Assembly: GCA_002418685.1 (NCBI GenBank)
Contig: DIEP01000018.1
Location: 1-41,050, forward strand
Source: Ignavibacteria bacterium UBA5771
GTDB taxonomy: Bacteria > Bacteroidota > Ignavibacteria > Kapaibacteriales > UBA2268
DNA: 41,050 nucleotides
Direction of reading: 5' to 3'
This document shows positions 1 to 10,632 of this stretch, in pieces. The position numbers and the translations under genes were made by a program. Each line of letters opens with the position of its first letter. Position 1 is the stretch's first letter. Under the pieces are notes generated by a model. That model was not told the origin of the DNA and did not search any database. It saw only the letters and a program-made list of their open reading frames with translations.

Positions 1-350
1 TATCGCATAAAGTTATAGCAGCTTCTGATTATTTATTAATGCCGTCAAGATATGAGCCATGCGGACTTACCCAAATGTTCGCATTAAGATATGGGACTAT
101 ACCAATTGTGCGTGAGACAGGAGGGCTTGCAGATACAGTCAGAGAATTTAATCCTGAAAATTTGGAAGGCACGGGCTTCACTTTCTTTCAATATAATGCA
201 GATGATATGGCACACGCAATGAGAAGAGCGCTCAATATTTACAATGTGCAACCATATTGGGATAAAATTCGGCTAAATGCAATGAATGATAATTTCGCTA
301 TCCGAAATACAGCTGCAAAATATCTGGAGATATTTGAAAGTTTGAAGTAA
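1..350 (+). CDS. glgA: Glycogen synthase, C-terminal fragment (5' end outside the window)
   Basis: Frame 3 is open from the window edge (SHKVIAASDYLLMPSRYEPCGLTQMFALRYGTIPIVRETGGLADTV). This is the conserved GlgA C-terminal block PSR(F/Y)EPCGL...GGLADTV. Stop at 348-350. Confidence 0.85.
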   Translation, partial: SHKVIAASDYLLMPSRYEPCGLTQMFALRYGTIPIVRETGGLADTVREFNPENLEGTGFTFFQYNADDMAHAMRRALNIYNVQPYWDKIRLNAMNDNFAIRNTAAKYLEIFESLK

Positions 351-370
351 ATCTAATATTAGAATTATTT

Positions 371-1717
371 TTATTCTGTTATTTCGCCTAGGACTTTTCC
401 ATTTTGAATTGTATCTAGTTTTATTTTTAGAATTTTATTACGTAAAACTTTATTAGATTTAACAATAACGGGAATATAATTGTCGCTATGTCCGAACCAT
501 GTCACTTTATCTTCTGGATATTCAAAGAGAACATCTCGCCTCATATTCAATTGCTTCTTGAAGAACTCCAAAGATTTCTCGCCAGATAATTGTCTGAGAA
601 TATTAGTCCTTTGCTTTTTTAAAATTTCAGGAACTTTATTGGGAATTTTCAGCGCATCTGTGTTGGGACGTTCTGAATAACTAAATACATGAAGATAAGT
701 AAGAGGAAGATTATTCAGAAAATTTTGCGTCTCAGTGAATTCTGCATCGCTCTCTCCTGGGAAACCCGTAATAATATCTAATCCAATAGCTGCATCGGGG
801 CGGTATTTATTAATAGTTAAAATCTTTTTTTCAAATTGCTTCTTATTATATCGTCGACGCATTAATCGCAATACTTTCTCAGATCCACTTTGCAATGGAA
901 TGTGAAAATGCGGACAAATGTTTTCTGATTGGGAAATAATTCTGATAATTTCTTCATCCAATATGTTAGGTTCTATTGAAGACATTCTTATTCGAGAGTG
1001 AATTTTGCTTTGGGATATTAACATAAGCACATCTCTAAAATTTTTGTCATCAGAATGATATTCAGCTAAATTTATACCTACCAATGTAATTTCAGAATAT
1101 CCTGATTCTTCCAATTTGTGAATTGTTGGAATAATATCTGCGAAGGGCATTGAACGGAAGTTCCCACGTGCCTGCGGAATAATGCAATATGAACAATTAT
1201 ACTCGCAACCATCCTGAATTTTGAGCACTGCACGCGTTCTGCTATCGTTTTCGCTACTAAAAGAATATTCAAATTGCAAATTATCTGCTTTTATATCCAA
1301 TATTATCGGACTCATTAATTTTTTATTCGTATCAATATAATCAGGGATATGGAATTTGCTTTTGCTTCCAAGCACTAAATCCACTCCTTCAATATCAGCA
1401 AATTGATATGGATTGATTTCCGCTGCACATCCCGTTACAATAATGAATTTATTCGGGTCAATATTTAGAGAATGCCTTATTGCTTTTCGTGCATCTGCAT
1501 CTGCTTTTTGGGTGACTGAACAAGTATTGATAACTACTATATCGGCATCTTCGACATTTTCTACATTATGAATTCCATTCTTGGCGAATTCATCAGCAAT
1601 TCTTGATGACTCCGAGTAATTCACTTTGCATCCAAAAGTATAGGTAAATACTTTTGAAATCTTCTTATTTATATTATTGTTATTTGTTCCTAATTTGTTT
1701 GGGATAATTCCATCCAT
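371..1717 (-). CDS. mtaB: Radical-SAM tRNA methylthiotransferase, MtaB-like (MiaB/RimO family)
   Basis: N-terminal block FTYTFGCKVNYSES, radical-SAM cluster motif CEYNCSYC (CxxxCxxC), C-terminal TRAM-like region. The only ATG start (1717) overlaps the upstream GT2 gene by 38 nt. Confidence 0.8.
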   Translation of the reverse strand: MDGIIPNKLGTNNNNINKKISKVFTYTFGCKVNYSESSRIADEFAKNGIHNVENVEDADIVVINTCSVTQKADADARKAIRHSLNIDPNKFIIVTGCAAEINPYQFADIEGVDLVLGSKSKFHIPDYIDTNKKLMSPIILDIKADNLQFEYSFSSENDSRTRAVLKIQDGCEYNCSYCIIPQARGNFRSMPFADIIPTIHKLEESGYSEITLVGINLAEYHSDDKNFRDVLMLISQSKIHSRIRMSSIEPNILDEEIIRIISQSENICPHFHIPLQSGSEKVLRLMRRRYNKKQFEKKILTINKYRPDAAIGLDIITGFPGESDAEFTETQNFLNNLPLTYLHVFSYSERPNTDALKIPNKVPEILKKQRTNILRQLSGEKSLEFFKKQLNMRRDVLFEYPEDKVTWFGHSDNYIPVIVKSNKVLRNKILKIKLDTIQNGKVLGEITE

Positions 1718-2552
1718 CGATAAAACCTTTGATTGTCAATTTCATTAATTTCGGATTGATTGTCGAGAAGAACCATTTGAAAAAATAAATTATGGGACGC
1801 AAGTTCCTCACCAAATGATTACCATACAATCTGTCAAGGATTATTACATTGCGAACCATATAATAGCGTTTCGGTGAATTCCACTGTTTCTGGATATTAT
1901 CTTCAAACAACCTATTAACCCGTGCTTGGGTTGCAATTCCAATCTTAAATCCTGCCTTTTTTGCTCTAATAAAGTAATCGCTATCATCACCATATAGAAA
2001 AAAATCCTTTACGGGAAGCCCAATGATGTCTATTAAATGCCGATTTATAAGAATTCCTTCAAATGTCATTCCTTCTACATCTGCCAATTCATTTGAAAGT
2101 TCTTTCTCTGAAACAAGCTCAGACCACATTGTTTTGAAAGGATTGGAGAAATTAAAACTTAATGTCTCATTAGAAAGGACCTTCCCCGAAGGACTATATC
2201 GCAGTGAACCTAATAATGTTTTTTTATCTGCTTTGTCAAATAATTTCTCCAGACAATCAGATTGTGGGACAACATCATCATCCATAAACCATATCCATTC
2301 GTAGTTATTTTCATACCCATATTTCAACCCCGTATTGAAGCCACCTGCCCCTCCTATATTCCCTTGCTGTATGAATTGCAAGTCAGATTGTGATTTCAGC
2401 CATTCTTCTGTGCCGTCTGTGGAAGCATTATTCACCACAACAATAGCAGAAATCTGCTTTGTTTGATTTCTCAATGCCTCAATAACTTTTTTCAGTGATT
2501 CCAATCGATTATAAGTCACAACGACTGCAAGTATATTATTTTTATCATTCAT
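1680..2552 (-). CDS. Family 2 glycosyltransferase (GT-A fold)
   Basis: ILAVVVTYNRLESLKKVIEALRNQT N-terminus and DXD-type FMDDDVVP. The ORF track starts at a TTG (2564); the first ATG is at 2552. Confidence 0.75.
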   Translation of the reverse strand: MNDKNNILAVVVTYNRLESLKKVIEALRNQTKQISAIVVVNNASTDGTEEWLKSQSDLQFIQQGNIGGAGGFNTGLKYGYENNYEWIWFMDDDVVPQSDCLEKLFDKADKKTLLGSLRYSPSGKVLSNETLSFNFSNPFKTMWSELVSEKELSNELADVEGMTFEGILINRHLIDIIGLPVKDFFLYGDDSDYFIRAKKAGFKIGIATQARVNRLFEDNIQKQWNSPKRYYMVRNVIILDRLYGNHLVRNLRPIIYFFKWFFSTINPKLMKLTIKGFIDGWNYPKQIRNK

Positions 2553-2591
2553 TCTAAATAGCAATATTTTTAATTATGTTTAATTCTAGTA

Positions 2592-3053
2592 TTAAATAGC
2601 ATAAATAAATTTGTCATCAGATGTTAGTATATATTTATTCAATGCAATTAGTCCCTCAATATGCGAAGGTATTTTCAAATAATCAAGTGCAACATTATAA
2701 TCGAGCCATTTATACTCGCTATGCTCAGATGAAATAATGACTTGCTCATCAAATTTCACCTCAAAAGCAAAAATCGGAACAAAATTCATCGAATTATCTT
2801 TCTGATTAAAAAATGTTCCCACAATTGGTATTACCCACTTGTTAATTGGCTCCAAATGCGACTCTTCCATTGCCTCACGAATTGCACATTCAAGCGGCGT
2901 CTCATTTTCATTAATCATACCCGTGATAACTTGCCAAACATTGGGATAAATATTATTATCGCTTGACCTTTTTAGCAGCAAATGCTTGTAATCCAAAATA
3001 TCAGGATTATACATAAATAAATGCACTTGGACAGAATTTGAAATAAATTGCAT
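2592..3053 (-). CDS. NUDIX hydrolase
   Basis: Near-canonical Nudix box GMINENETPLECAIREAMEESHL (Gx5Ex7REUxEExGU with the last G replaced by H). Confidence 0.8.
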   Translation of the reverse strand: MQFISNSVQVHLFMYNPDILDYKHLLLKRSSDNNIYPNVWQVITGMINENETPLECAIREAMEESHLEPINKWVIPIVGTFFNQKDNSMNFVPIFAFEVKFDEQVIISSEHSEYKWLDYNVALDYLKIPSHIEGLIALNKYILTSDDKFIYAI

Positions 3054-3379
3054 ATTATTTGAAATTTTAATTGCGTTTTTCTAAACTTCAAAATTAATAT
3101 CAATTGTTAAAACAATCATAAAAATTTGAAATAAATATTTTTTAAACCCCAAAATCTTTTTATTTTTATTTGCAAAATTATCAACAAGTTGTTGCAAATA
3201 TATTGGAATATTCTAATTCGAGTTTTTAATCCTTCATTTATGCTCAAAGGAATTCCCCTCAATTATAAACTCTCCATGAATTTTCTATTCAAACGCCATT
3301 TTTATATTTTCATATATATTCTTTATGAAATTACTTTTCTTTATTTTTGGCTTTTGTTAAATAGCAATAATCGAAGATT

Positions 3380-4501
3380 ATGGATTATGATATTGTAATC
3401 ATTGGAGCGGGGGTTGTCGGATTAGCTATTTCTGCCGAATTGTCGAACTCTAATAGTAATATTCTTGTAATTGAACGCCATCCCTCATTCGGTTGGGAGA
3501 CAAGCTCGAGAAATAGCGAAGTTATTCATTCGGGCATTTATTATCCCGAAAATTCATTGAAAACTCGTCTCTGCATTGAAGGGAACCGCTTGCTTTATGA
3601 TTGGTGTAGCAAATATAATGTTCCGCACAAACGGCTTGGGAAATATATCGTTGCTGTTGATGAAGAAGATTTGGGGAATTTGCATGATTTATTTTTGCAA
3701 GGACAGAAAAATGGCGTTGCTGATCTAAAATTAATTTCAAAGCAAGAGCTTCGCGACGCCGAACGATATGTCAAAGCGGAGGAAGCAATATATTCGCCGA
3801 ACACGGGAATAATCGATAGCCATAATTTAATGCAAAGTTTCGAGAATTATGCTGTCAATCATTCTGTGGATATAATTTATAACCACACTTTAAAAAATAT
3901 TGTAGCAATTGGCGGTGGTTATAATTTATCAATTCAATCGATGGACGGAGATATTTTCCAAATAAGCACCAATATTTTGATTAATTCGGCTGGTCTTGAT
4001 TCTGATAAAATTGCTGAAATGGTGGGAATTGATATAGATGAAAATAATTATCGGCTTCATTATTGTCGGGGACATTATTTTAAGATCGCACCAAATAAAA
4101 TGTATCTTGCAAAACATTTGATTTATCCTGCACCTGCAAAAAATTGGATTGGGCTTGGAATTCACATTACTCCTGATATTTCGGGTATGTTGAAATTAGG
4201 TCCCGATACAATGTATTTGCCTGAGAATATACAGGATTATTCAATTCCCGAGGATTTGAAAGAGAAATTTTATTTATCAGTCAAAAGGTTTCTGCCTACA
4301 TTGGAATTGGACGATTTGACTCCCGACCAAGCGGGAATTCGTCCAAAATTGCAAGGTCCAAATGATGGTTTTAGAGATTTTGTAATAAAAAATGAAGCCG
4401 ACCTTGGCTTTCCTAATTTCATCAATTTGATTGGTATTGATTCGCCCGGACTTACTTCTTGCATTGCAATTGCAAAATATGTTTCGGGAATTATCAATTA
4501 A
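3380..4501 (+). CDS. FAD-dependent oxidoreductase (L-2-hydroxyglutarate oxidase/DAO-like)
   Basis: N-terminal dinucleotide-binding motif DIVIIGAGVVGLAI, then SSRNSEVIHSGIYYP typical of the DAO/LhgO-type family. Substrate not determinable from sequence. Confidence 0.65.
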   Translation: MDYDIVIIGAGVVGLAISAELSNSNSNILVIERHPSFGWETSSRNSEVIHSGIYYPENSLKTRLCIEGNRLLYDWCSKYNVPHKRLGKYIVAVDEEDLGNLHDLFLQGQKNGVADLKLISKQELRDAERYVKAEEAIYSPNTGIIDSHNLMQSFENYAVNHSVDIIYNHTLKNIVAIGGGYNLSIQSMDGDIFQISTNILINSAGLDSDKIAEMVGIDIDENNYRLHYCRGHYFKIAPNKMYLAKHLIYPAPAKNWIGLGIHITPDISGMLKLGPDTMYLPENIQDYSIPEDLKEKFYLSVKRFLPTLELDDLTPDQAGIRPKLQGPNDGFRDFVIKNEADLGFPNFINLIGIDSPGLTSCIAIAKYVSGIIN

Positions 4502-5603
4502 GCGTTATGACTTCGCGAATTATATCGATTTGATTATCAAAGCAGAGTTGCTTCGCAGCATTCAGTGCATTAGTGTGGTAATATTCATAATTATTCATAA
4601 TTTCATTAAGTGCATCCGAAACCTCATCAAGCGAAATGTCTTTGTTGACCGCAATTCCACAATGATAATTATCAATAACATCTTTCATTGCAGACAAATC
4701 TGTTGCAATAACGGGCAATCCAGCTTGCAAATATTCGAACAGTTTATTTGGCAAAGCAAGCTCATAAGAAAAGCTTATGGGTTCAATCAAAGCAAAGCCA
4801 ATATCTGCTGAACAAGTCCACCGATGCAACTGGCTATATTCAATATTTCCCGTCATATAAACTTTTGATTGTAAGGAATTGTCTTTGATATAATCCTCAA
4901 TTTCTTTTCTGAGTTTTCCTTCGCCAATCAAGCAAATTGCAATGTCATCACGCATTTTTGCAAGTGCAAGCATCGGCATAATCCCTCTGCCTTCAAGAAG
5001 TACACCTTGATAAAGCAGTATTTTTTTAGAAGGGTCAATTTGGAATTTTTCTCTCAATTCATTTGCCTCCATAGATTCGGAATAAAACGGGAAATTGTTA
5101 ATAACATAGAAGGGCTTTGTTGTTGCGAAATACTTAATTAAGTAATCTCTATCAATTTCGCCTGAAGCAATAAACTTATCAACTTCGCGAATTAAACGTT
5201 TTTCAATTAGCGCGATTATTTTTTGCTTGAAAGCATTCTTGTGCATTGGACCGAGTGCAGAAAATACTTCCCGCGAATCATAAATTATAGAAGCATTCTT
5301 TGGGGCAAGCTTGACTGCAAGAGCAAGGGAATATAAATCCGATGCAAAATAGACTTTTGCTTGAAATGTGTTTTTAAATTTTCTGCCAATTTGAATATAG
5401 CGAATCCATTGCCGAAAGAAGCGTCTGCCTTTATCAATTTCAATTTGCATTGAATCATTATTATATTTAAAATTGCTTTTGAGGGAAATAGTAGTAACAG
5501 ATTTTGCAAGCAATTCAAATGAGCGGAGAAAATTTCGCGACCGCCCATCCAAAGACAAATCTGAAAATGAAAGCAAACAAATATCGAAGTTCTGTTTTTG
5601 CAA
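4494..5603 (-). CDS. Family 4 (GT-B) glycosyltransferase
   Basis: C-terminal GT4-type block EPISFSYELALPNKLFEYLQAGLPVIATD. Only a TTG start is available. The 3' end overlaps the convergent oxidoreductase gene by 8 nt. Confidence 0.7.
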   Translation of the reverse strand: MQKQNFDICLLSFSDLSLDGRSRNFLRSFELLAKSVTTISLKSNFKYNNDSMQIEIDKGRRFFRQWIRYIQIGRKFKNTFQAKVYFASDLYSLALAVKLAPKNASIIYDSREVFSALGPMHKNAFKQKIIALIEKRLIREVDKFIASGEIDRDYLIKYFATTKPFYVINNFPFYSESMEANELREKFQIDPSKKILLYQGVLLEGRGIMPMLALAKMRDDIAICLIGEGKLRKEIEDYIKDNSLQSKVYMTGNIEYSQLHRWTCSADIGFALIEPISFSYELALPNKLFEYLQAGLPVIATDLSAMKDVIDNYHCGIAVNKDISLDEVSDALNEIMNNYEYYHTNALNAAKQLCFDNQIDIIREVITLN

Positions 5604-5834
5604 TGAATTACGATTTATTTTAATAAATTAGAGTTTTGCAATTTATAGCATATTATTTGACGAGAGAGAGTAGGAAAATGTTTGAGAAACATTATTAAAT
5701 ATTTTTATCAATAAATAAAATCGGGAGAGCAATTGTATTTTATTAATTTTTTTTACAAACCGAATTGAGCTTTACTCGACAAGCGTACACCTTGAAAAGA
5801 GCAAGGAATTTTGCAAGAGGTTATTTATTGCTTG

Positions 5835-5907
5835 AGCCACCTGACGGACTTGAACCGCCGACCGGCTGATTACAAATCAGCTGCTCTACCAGCTGAGCTA
5901 AGGTGGC
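5835..5907 (-). tRNA. tRNA-Thr (anticodon UGU)
   Basis: Reverse complement folds as a 73-nt cloverleaf: GCCACCT TA GCTC AGCTGGTA GAGC A GCTGA TTTGTAA TCAGC CGGTC GGCGG TTCAAGT CCGTC AGGTGGC T. The anticodon loop gives TGT. No encoded CCA. Confidence 0.9.
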
Positions 5908-5956
5908 AAAAATATAGATTACAAAATTAAGAAAAAAATATTTATTAGCAAACAGA

Positions 5957-7324
5957 TTATGACACATTTAAATTGCCAAGAATAAATTGATTGATTTCCT
6001 GATGCAATTCTCTCGCAGCTTCATTTTTAACAGACAGCAATATTTCATTAGAACTTACACCCATTTTGACATATTCAAATTTATATCTATGGAACCTATT
6101 AAAAAAATAATTGCAATCAAAATCACTTAGCCGTATTCCAATTAGCCCAAATAATGTTTGATCGTCAGATATTTCGAGTGAATAATTTGCGAAAGCAGTA
6201 GCGAAATGTGATTTATTGAAGCTGCTTTTGGCAATCCAAATCGTCAATTTATCAGGGAGTATCGAAATTGAATAAATTTTAGCATTCTCCCGATATATCC
6301 TACTGATAATCTTTAATGATTCATCCAAAAAATTATCAATTTTAGCAATTGAAAAACTGATTTTATACACGACCATCCGAATAACAGAATGCAAAACAGA
6401 TCTATCGCGATTCAATTCAGGCAAAATATATGTCCCCTTTGAAGATGCAGAAAAAGTATTCAAAACATGTATAGGTATATTATCTTCAATTGCGGGAATC
6501 AACGTATCGGGATGAATGACCTTTGCTCCGAAATAGGCAAGCGATCGCACTTCATTGAATTCCATCACAGGAATAGTTCCAACCTCTTTTATCATTCGTG
6601 GATCTGTTGTGAGAATTCCATCAACATCTGTCCAGATTTGAATTTCTTTTGCTTTAAGAAATTTGCCAAATATCGATGCAGTATAATCTGAACCTCCGCG
6701 CCCGAGAGTTGTGGTCTGCTTTGCACTGTTTGCGGCAATAAAACCTTGCGTTATGCCTATTTGCATACCATTGGCAAATTGAGGTAGTAATTTTTCCACC
6801 ACATTTGCTTGAGATTGCTCAAAATCTACAGTTGCATTATTAAATGTGGAATCGGTCAGAATAATATCGCGAGCGTCTACCCAAAATGCATTAAGTTTGT
6901 TTTCCAGCACATAATAATGCATCAAAGTTGTAGAAAGCAATTCTCCATAAGCCATTATTTTATCAAGTGAACGCGGTGTGGATTCTTTAAGGAAATTCAC
7001 ACTTTTCGCTATCTCTTGAAGGTCATCAAGTAAAGCTTGTATTTTGGCTTCAGCTTCTTGATAATATTGCGAATTCTCAGGAATTAACCTAAATAATAAT
7101 TGAAGATGGTGACGAGAAATCTTTTCATAACAAATTTTAATGTTATCAACATCGTTTTGAACAGCAAAATGCATCAGCATAATTAGAGTATCCGTAATCC
7201 CTGAGCAAGCAGAAAGCACCACAAGGCACTTTTCAATGCCAGATTTTTCCGAAATAATTTGTAAAACCTGCGAAAAAGCAATTTCATCTTTAACCGAAGT
7301 ACCGCCAAATTTCAGGACTATCAT
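5957..7324 (-). CDS. lysC: Aspartate kinase (monofunctional, canonical motifs)
   Basis: KFGGTSV, TLGRGGSDYTAS, WTDVDGILTTDPR and YFGAKVIHP motifs of the amino-acid-kinase fold, plus a C-terminal ACT-like regulatory region. Confidence 0.85.
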   Translation of the reverse strand: MIVLKFGGTSVKDEIAFSQVLQIISEKSGIEKCLVVLSACSGITDTLIMLMHFAVQNDVDNIKICYEKISRHHLQLLFRLIPENSQYYQEAEAKIQALLDDLQEIAKSVNFLKESTPRSLDKIMAYGELLSTTLMHYYVLENKLNAFWVDARDIILTDSTFNNATVDFEQSQANVVEKLLPQFANGMQIGITQGFIAANSAKQTTTLGRGGSDYTASIFGKFLKAKEIQIWTDVDGILTTDPRMIKEVGTIPVMEFNEVRSLAYFGAKVIHPDTLIPAIEDNIPIHVLNTFSASSKGTYILPELNRDRSVLHSVIRMVVYKISFSIAKIDNFLDESLKIISRIYRENAKIYSISILPDKLTIWIAKSSFNKSHFATAFANYSLEISDDQTLFGLIGIRLSDFDCNYFFNRFHRYKFEYVKMGVSSNEILLSVKNEAARELHQEINQFILGNLNVS

Positions 7325-7336
7325 ATATATTATATT

Positions 7337-7936
7337 TTACATAAATTCTAGATAAGGGATTACTTCATCAGCTTGCTTAACGTGTATTAATGCTTTATCG
7401 TTGAAAAGGACTTCGGCAGCTTCGAGGGCATCTTTAAGTGGGATATTGTATTTATATGCAAAATGCCAAATATCAATAGCATTAAAGGCGATTTCCAGCG
7501 CAAGGATTTGGAATAATTCCAATTGCTTGTGATTAGCAAATATATTTTGTGAAGTTTCTATCACTGTTCTGCCTTGCTCGGTTTCCATCATTGCACGTGT
7601 AAAAAAATAATTATCGTGTTCGAGCAAATCGCAAATTGGGAACCCATTAAAATTAGTAGAATAAATTAGCAATGGCAAAAATGAAATTGAAACGACATAT
7701 TCGGCATAATTCTCATCATTCCATAAATCATCCCAAATTTCCGGAGCATTTTGTTTTAACCATTCAAAAAATGCTATTTCCCTTGATGGCAATAGCATCA
7801 ATGCATTTTGGTCAATTTTATCAATGATATTGATGGCTTCTTCCAAATTGATGTTTTCAAACATTTCCTCGGGAAAATTAATAACTTGATTCTTTCCCCA
7901 TTGCTCATTAGCTAGATTAATATATTTATCTATCAT
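7337..7936 (-). CDS. Hypothetical protein (199 aa, acidic, no recognisable motif)
   Basis: Long clean ORF with an ATG start, 12 nt upstream of the aspartokinase gene on the same strand. I recognise no family signature. Confidence 0.5.
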   Translation of the reverse strand: MIDKYINLANEQWGKNQVINFPEEMFENINLEEAINIIDKIDQNALMLLPSREIAFFEWLKQNAPEIWDDLWNDENYAEYVVSISFLPLLIYSTNFNGFPICDLLEHDNYFFTRAMMETEQGRTVIETSQNIFANHKQLELFQILALEIAFNAIDIWHFAYKYNIPLKDALEAAEVLFNDKALIHVKQADEVIPYLEFM

Positions 7937-8164
7937 ACTTGTTGATATCTATTACTTCAAAATTAACAAATATTTCATTAAAAAACAAATCGAACTGTTA
8001 TTTTTTGCCAAATTTTAAGAAGCAAGGGCAGGAAATTGAAAGATTTAAGTGACAGGAATTGTAATAAAAGATGTATTTATGTTAGTATAAGGTAAATAAT
8101 CGCAGAGCCGAGCCGCGAAAACTCTTAAAGCGTTATGCGCCTTTTGTAGTGTTTCTACTTAACC

Positions 8165-8530
8165 TTATATCCATTCAATTTGTTCTCTTGTATATTCATT
8201 CCTTGTATCACCAGTATTTAATACATCGTTCCTTTCAATAAGAATTACTTCACATACATTTTCAGCAAATGGTTTATGCTCCTTCCCTTTTTCTATTACG
8301 AACATCTCACCTTCATTTAGTTCCACTGATTCATTTCTGAAATCAATTCTCATTTTCCCTTTATATACAATGAATATTTCATCACAATCGATATGCTTAT
8401 GCCATACAAAATGGTCTTTGATTTTCACTACTTTAACAATATAATTATCTAATTTAGCAATACACTTAGGTGTCCAATAGTCATCGAATAATTTAAATTT
8501 ATCCTCAAATCTTATGCTCTTCAGATTCAT
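8165..8530 (-). CDS. Cupin-domain protein
   Basis: Small (121 aa) protein with cupin-like blocks VWHKHIDCDEIFIVYKG and GEMFVIEKGKEHKP. Confidence 0.7.
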   Translation of the reverse strand: MNLKSIRFEDKFKLFDDYWTPKCIAKLDNYIVKVVKIKDHFVWHKHIDCDEIFIVYKGKMRIDFRNESVELNEGEMFVIEKGKEHKPFAENVCEVILIERNDVLNTGDTRNEYTREQIEWI

Positions 8531-8542
8531 CTTTATATGAGT

Positions 8543-9781
8543 TTATGCGGTTTTTGCTTCTTTCTTGAATTCGTATATTGGCAATGCTTTATTTTTGACA
8601 ACATCAGGTGTGATAATTACTTTTTTAATGTTTTTTACTTCGGGTATTTCAAACATAATTTGTTTAAGTGTTGATTCCACTATACCACGCAAACCACGTG
8701 CACCTGTCTTTAAAAGCTTTGCTTTCCGAACAATTTCAAGCAATGCATCAGGTTGGAAAACAAGATCCACATTATCCATTTTAAAAAGCTTCTGATATTG
8801 CTTGATGAGCGCATTTTTCGGCTTTTGAAGTATTTCAAGCAATGCATCTTCATCAAGATCGTGCAAAGCCGAAATAACGGGTAACCTACCAACTAATTCA
8901 GGAATAAAGCCATATTTAACCAAATCATCAGGTTCGACATCTTTAAGCAAATCATAAGTTTCTTGAATTTTCCTTGTGGGTTTTGCATTGAATCCAATAC
9001 TAGATTTTCCCATACGGCGTGCAACCATCCCATCCAATCCATCAAAAGCTCCACCTACAATAAAGAGAATGTCTTTTGTATTGATGTAAACAAGAGATTG
9101 CTCGGGATGTTTGCGTCCTCCTTTTGGTGGCACTCCAGAACGTGTTCCTTCCAAAATTTTAAGCAGTGCCTGCTGCACACCTTCGCCTGAAACATCGCGG
9201 GTTATACTTGCTGATTCGCTCTTTCGTGTGATTTTATCAATTTCATCAATAAAAATTATCCCATGTTCCGCAGCCGCAACATCATAATCAGCGTTCTGAA
9301 GTAAATTAAGTAAAACGGATTCCACATCGTCGCCAACATACCCTGCTTCTGTGATTGTAGTAGCATCAGCAATTGCAAAAGGGACATTTAGCGTTCGGGC
9401 AAGCGTGCGTGCGAGCAATGTTTTGCCTGTTCCAGTGGGTCCAATCAGCAATATATTGCTTTTTTCAATCTCGACATCGTCATTTTTTTCTTTGGAGAAA
9501 ATCCTTTTGTAATGATTATAAACAGCAACCGAAAGAGTGATTTTCACATCATCTTGACCAATCACATATTGATCAAGATTTGCTTTAATCTCTGATGGTT
9601 TTGGAAGAGTAAATTTTGCTAAATTTTGTTGCTGTGTGCTTTCTCGCTCCAATATATTATGGGCTGTTTCTACGCAATTATTGCAAATATGAGCGCCATT
9701 TACACCTTCGAACATTTGCTCTACTTCGAACGATGCTTTGCCACAAAATGAGCAAATCAATGTTTTGTCAGTTTTCGCCAT
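8543..9781 (-). CDS. clpX: ATP-dependent Clp protease ATP-binding subunit ClpX
   Basis: N-terminal zinc-binding CSFCGK...CNNC, Walker [17 protein letters not shown] Walker B. Full-length similarity to ClpX. Confidence 0.97.
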   Translation of the reverse strand: MAKTDKTLICSFCGKASFEVEQMFEGVNGAHICNNCVETAHNILERESTQQQNLAKFTLPKPSEIKANLDQYVIGQDDVKITLSVAVYNHYKRIFSKEKNDDVEIEKSNILLIGPTGTGKTLLARTLARTLNVPFAIADATTITEAGYVGDDVESVLLNLLQNADYDVAAAEHGIIFIDEIDKITRKSESASITRDVSGEGVQQALLKILEGTRSGVPPKGGRKHPEQSLVYINTKDILFIVGGAFDGLDGMVARRMGKSSIGFNAKPTRKIQETYDLLKDVEPDDLVKYGFIPELVGRLPVISALHDLDEDALLEILQKPKNALIKQYQKLFKMDNVDLVFQPDALLEIVRKAKLLKTGARGLRGIVESTLKQIMFEIPEVKNIKKVIITPDVVKNKALPIYEFKKEAKTA

Positions 9782-10402
9782 CTATTCTTTTATTCCATCT
9801 GTGGGTAAAACATCGCTTGATTTGAGTAATATTTTATCAATAATACCATAATCAAGTGCCTCTTGAGCAGACATATAATAATCTCTATCGGCATCTTTAC
9901 GAATTTGCTCAATTGGTTTTTTCGTGTGTTTAGCAATAATTTCATATAGTTGCTCGCGAGTGCGAATAATTTCTTTTGTATATATTTCAATATCGGCAGA
10001 TTGCCCTTGAGTTCCACCAGATGGTTGATGCATTAATATTCTTGAATTGGGAAGTGCAAAGCGTTTGCCTTCTGCACCTGCTGTGAGAAGCAATTGCCCC
10101 ATTGAAGCGGCAAGTCCTACGCAAATTGTCGAAACATCGGGTTTCACAAATTGCATTGTATCATAAATTGCCATACCGGCGGTGACGCTTCCACCTGGGG
10201 AATTTATATAGAGGTTTATATCCTTATCGGGTTCTTCGCTTGCTAAAAATAGCAATTGTGCAATAACAAGATTTGCGATATTATCATCAATCGGACCGCC
10301 GAGAAATATAATTCGTTCTTTTAATAAGCGTGAATAAATATCATAAGAGCGCTCCCCGCGACTTGTCTGCTCAATTACCATCGGAATTAATTGATTGTTC
10401 AT
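9782..10402 (-). CDS. clpP: ATP-dependent Clp protease proteolytic subunit ClpP
   Basis: [19 protein letters not shown], catalytic Ser context GLAASMG, MHQP His. The stop abuts the clpX ATG (TAGATG). Confidence 0.97.
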   Translation of the reverse strand: MNNQLIPMVIEQTSRGERSYDIYSRLLKERIIFLGGPIDDNIANLVIAQLLFLASEEPDKDINLYINSPGGSVTAGMAIYDTMQFVKPDVSTICVGLAASMGQLLLTAGAEGKRFALPNSRILMHQPSGGTQGQSADIEIYTKEIIRTREQLYEIIAKHTKKPIEQIRKDADRDYYMSAQEALDYGIIDKILLKSSDVLPTDGIKE

Positions 10403-10632
10403 ATTATAATAATCTTTTTGTTAAATAATATTAAGACGAAATAATGATTTATAAAATTGAAAATGTCATAATCTTAAATAAAGGAGGTTCTAAGCATTAG
10501 TATGAAGCAGTGCAAAATAATCAACAATCACAAAAAAATACAATTATTAATAATCAAATTAATCATTAAATAATTCATTCTCTTTAGGGGTGATTTATGG
10601 TGAGTTCGTTTTGGTTGTATAGATGCCCTCAT

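Noticed and set aside
350-371. Palindrome TCTAATATTAGA between the convergent glgA and mtaB genes, as a possible bidirectional terminator.
   Set aside because: The stem is almost all A/T with no loop and would be very weak. This is insufficient evidence.
3054-3398. 69-aa ORF (3189-3398) and a TATTTTTG box (3342-3349) in the divergent NUDIX/oxidoreductase promoter region.
   Set aside because: The ORF is AT-rich, Phe/Ile/Leu-rich nonsense overlapping the oxidoreductase start. The box fits the Bacteroidota -7 consensus TAnnTTTG, but such strings are frequent in AT-rich DNA and the phylum is uncertain. It is not reported as a feature.
5604-5907. tRNA-Thr as a possible integration site for an island covering the GT2/NUDIX/oxidoreductase/GT4 genes (1680-5603). 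Also noted: the thematic adjacency of tRNA-Thr 49 nt downstream of aspartokinase.
   Set aside because: I could find no integrase, no direct repeat of the tRNA 3' end and no compositional break by eye. The adjacency to aspartokinase has no T-box or attenuator features.
7937-8164. Possible lysine riboswitch (L-box) upstream of the hypothetical gene and aspartokinase operon. On the minus strand the region contains AAAGGCGC and later CCTGTCAC, reminiscent of L-box ends.
   Set aside because: The two motifs are only ~100 nt apart. The intervening sequence is AT-rich and lacks the conserved internal L-box helices and GGGAG/CCGAAG-type elements. The GC-rich patch (8101-8140) is more simply a weak stem region after the cupin gene stop.
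10502-10573. 23-codon plus-strand mini-ORF (MKQCKIINNHKKIQLLIIKLIIK) preceded by AGGAGG at 10482-10487, in the clpP-pckA gap.
   Set aside because: The SD-to-ATG spacing is 14 nt, which is too long. The peptide is A/T-codon low complexity, and conservation cannot be assessed from this window. Worth only a glance in comparative data.
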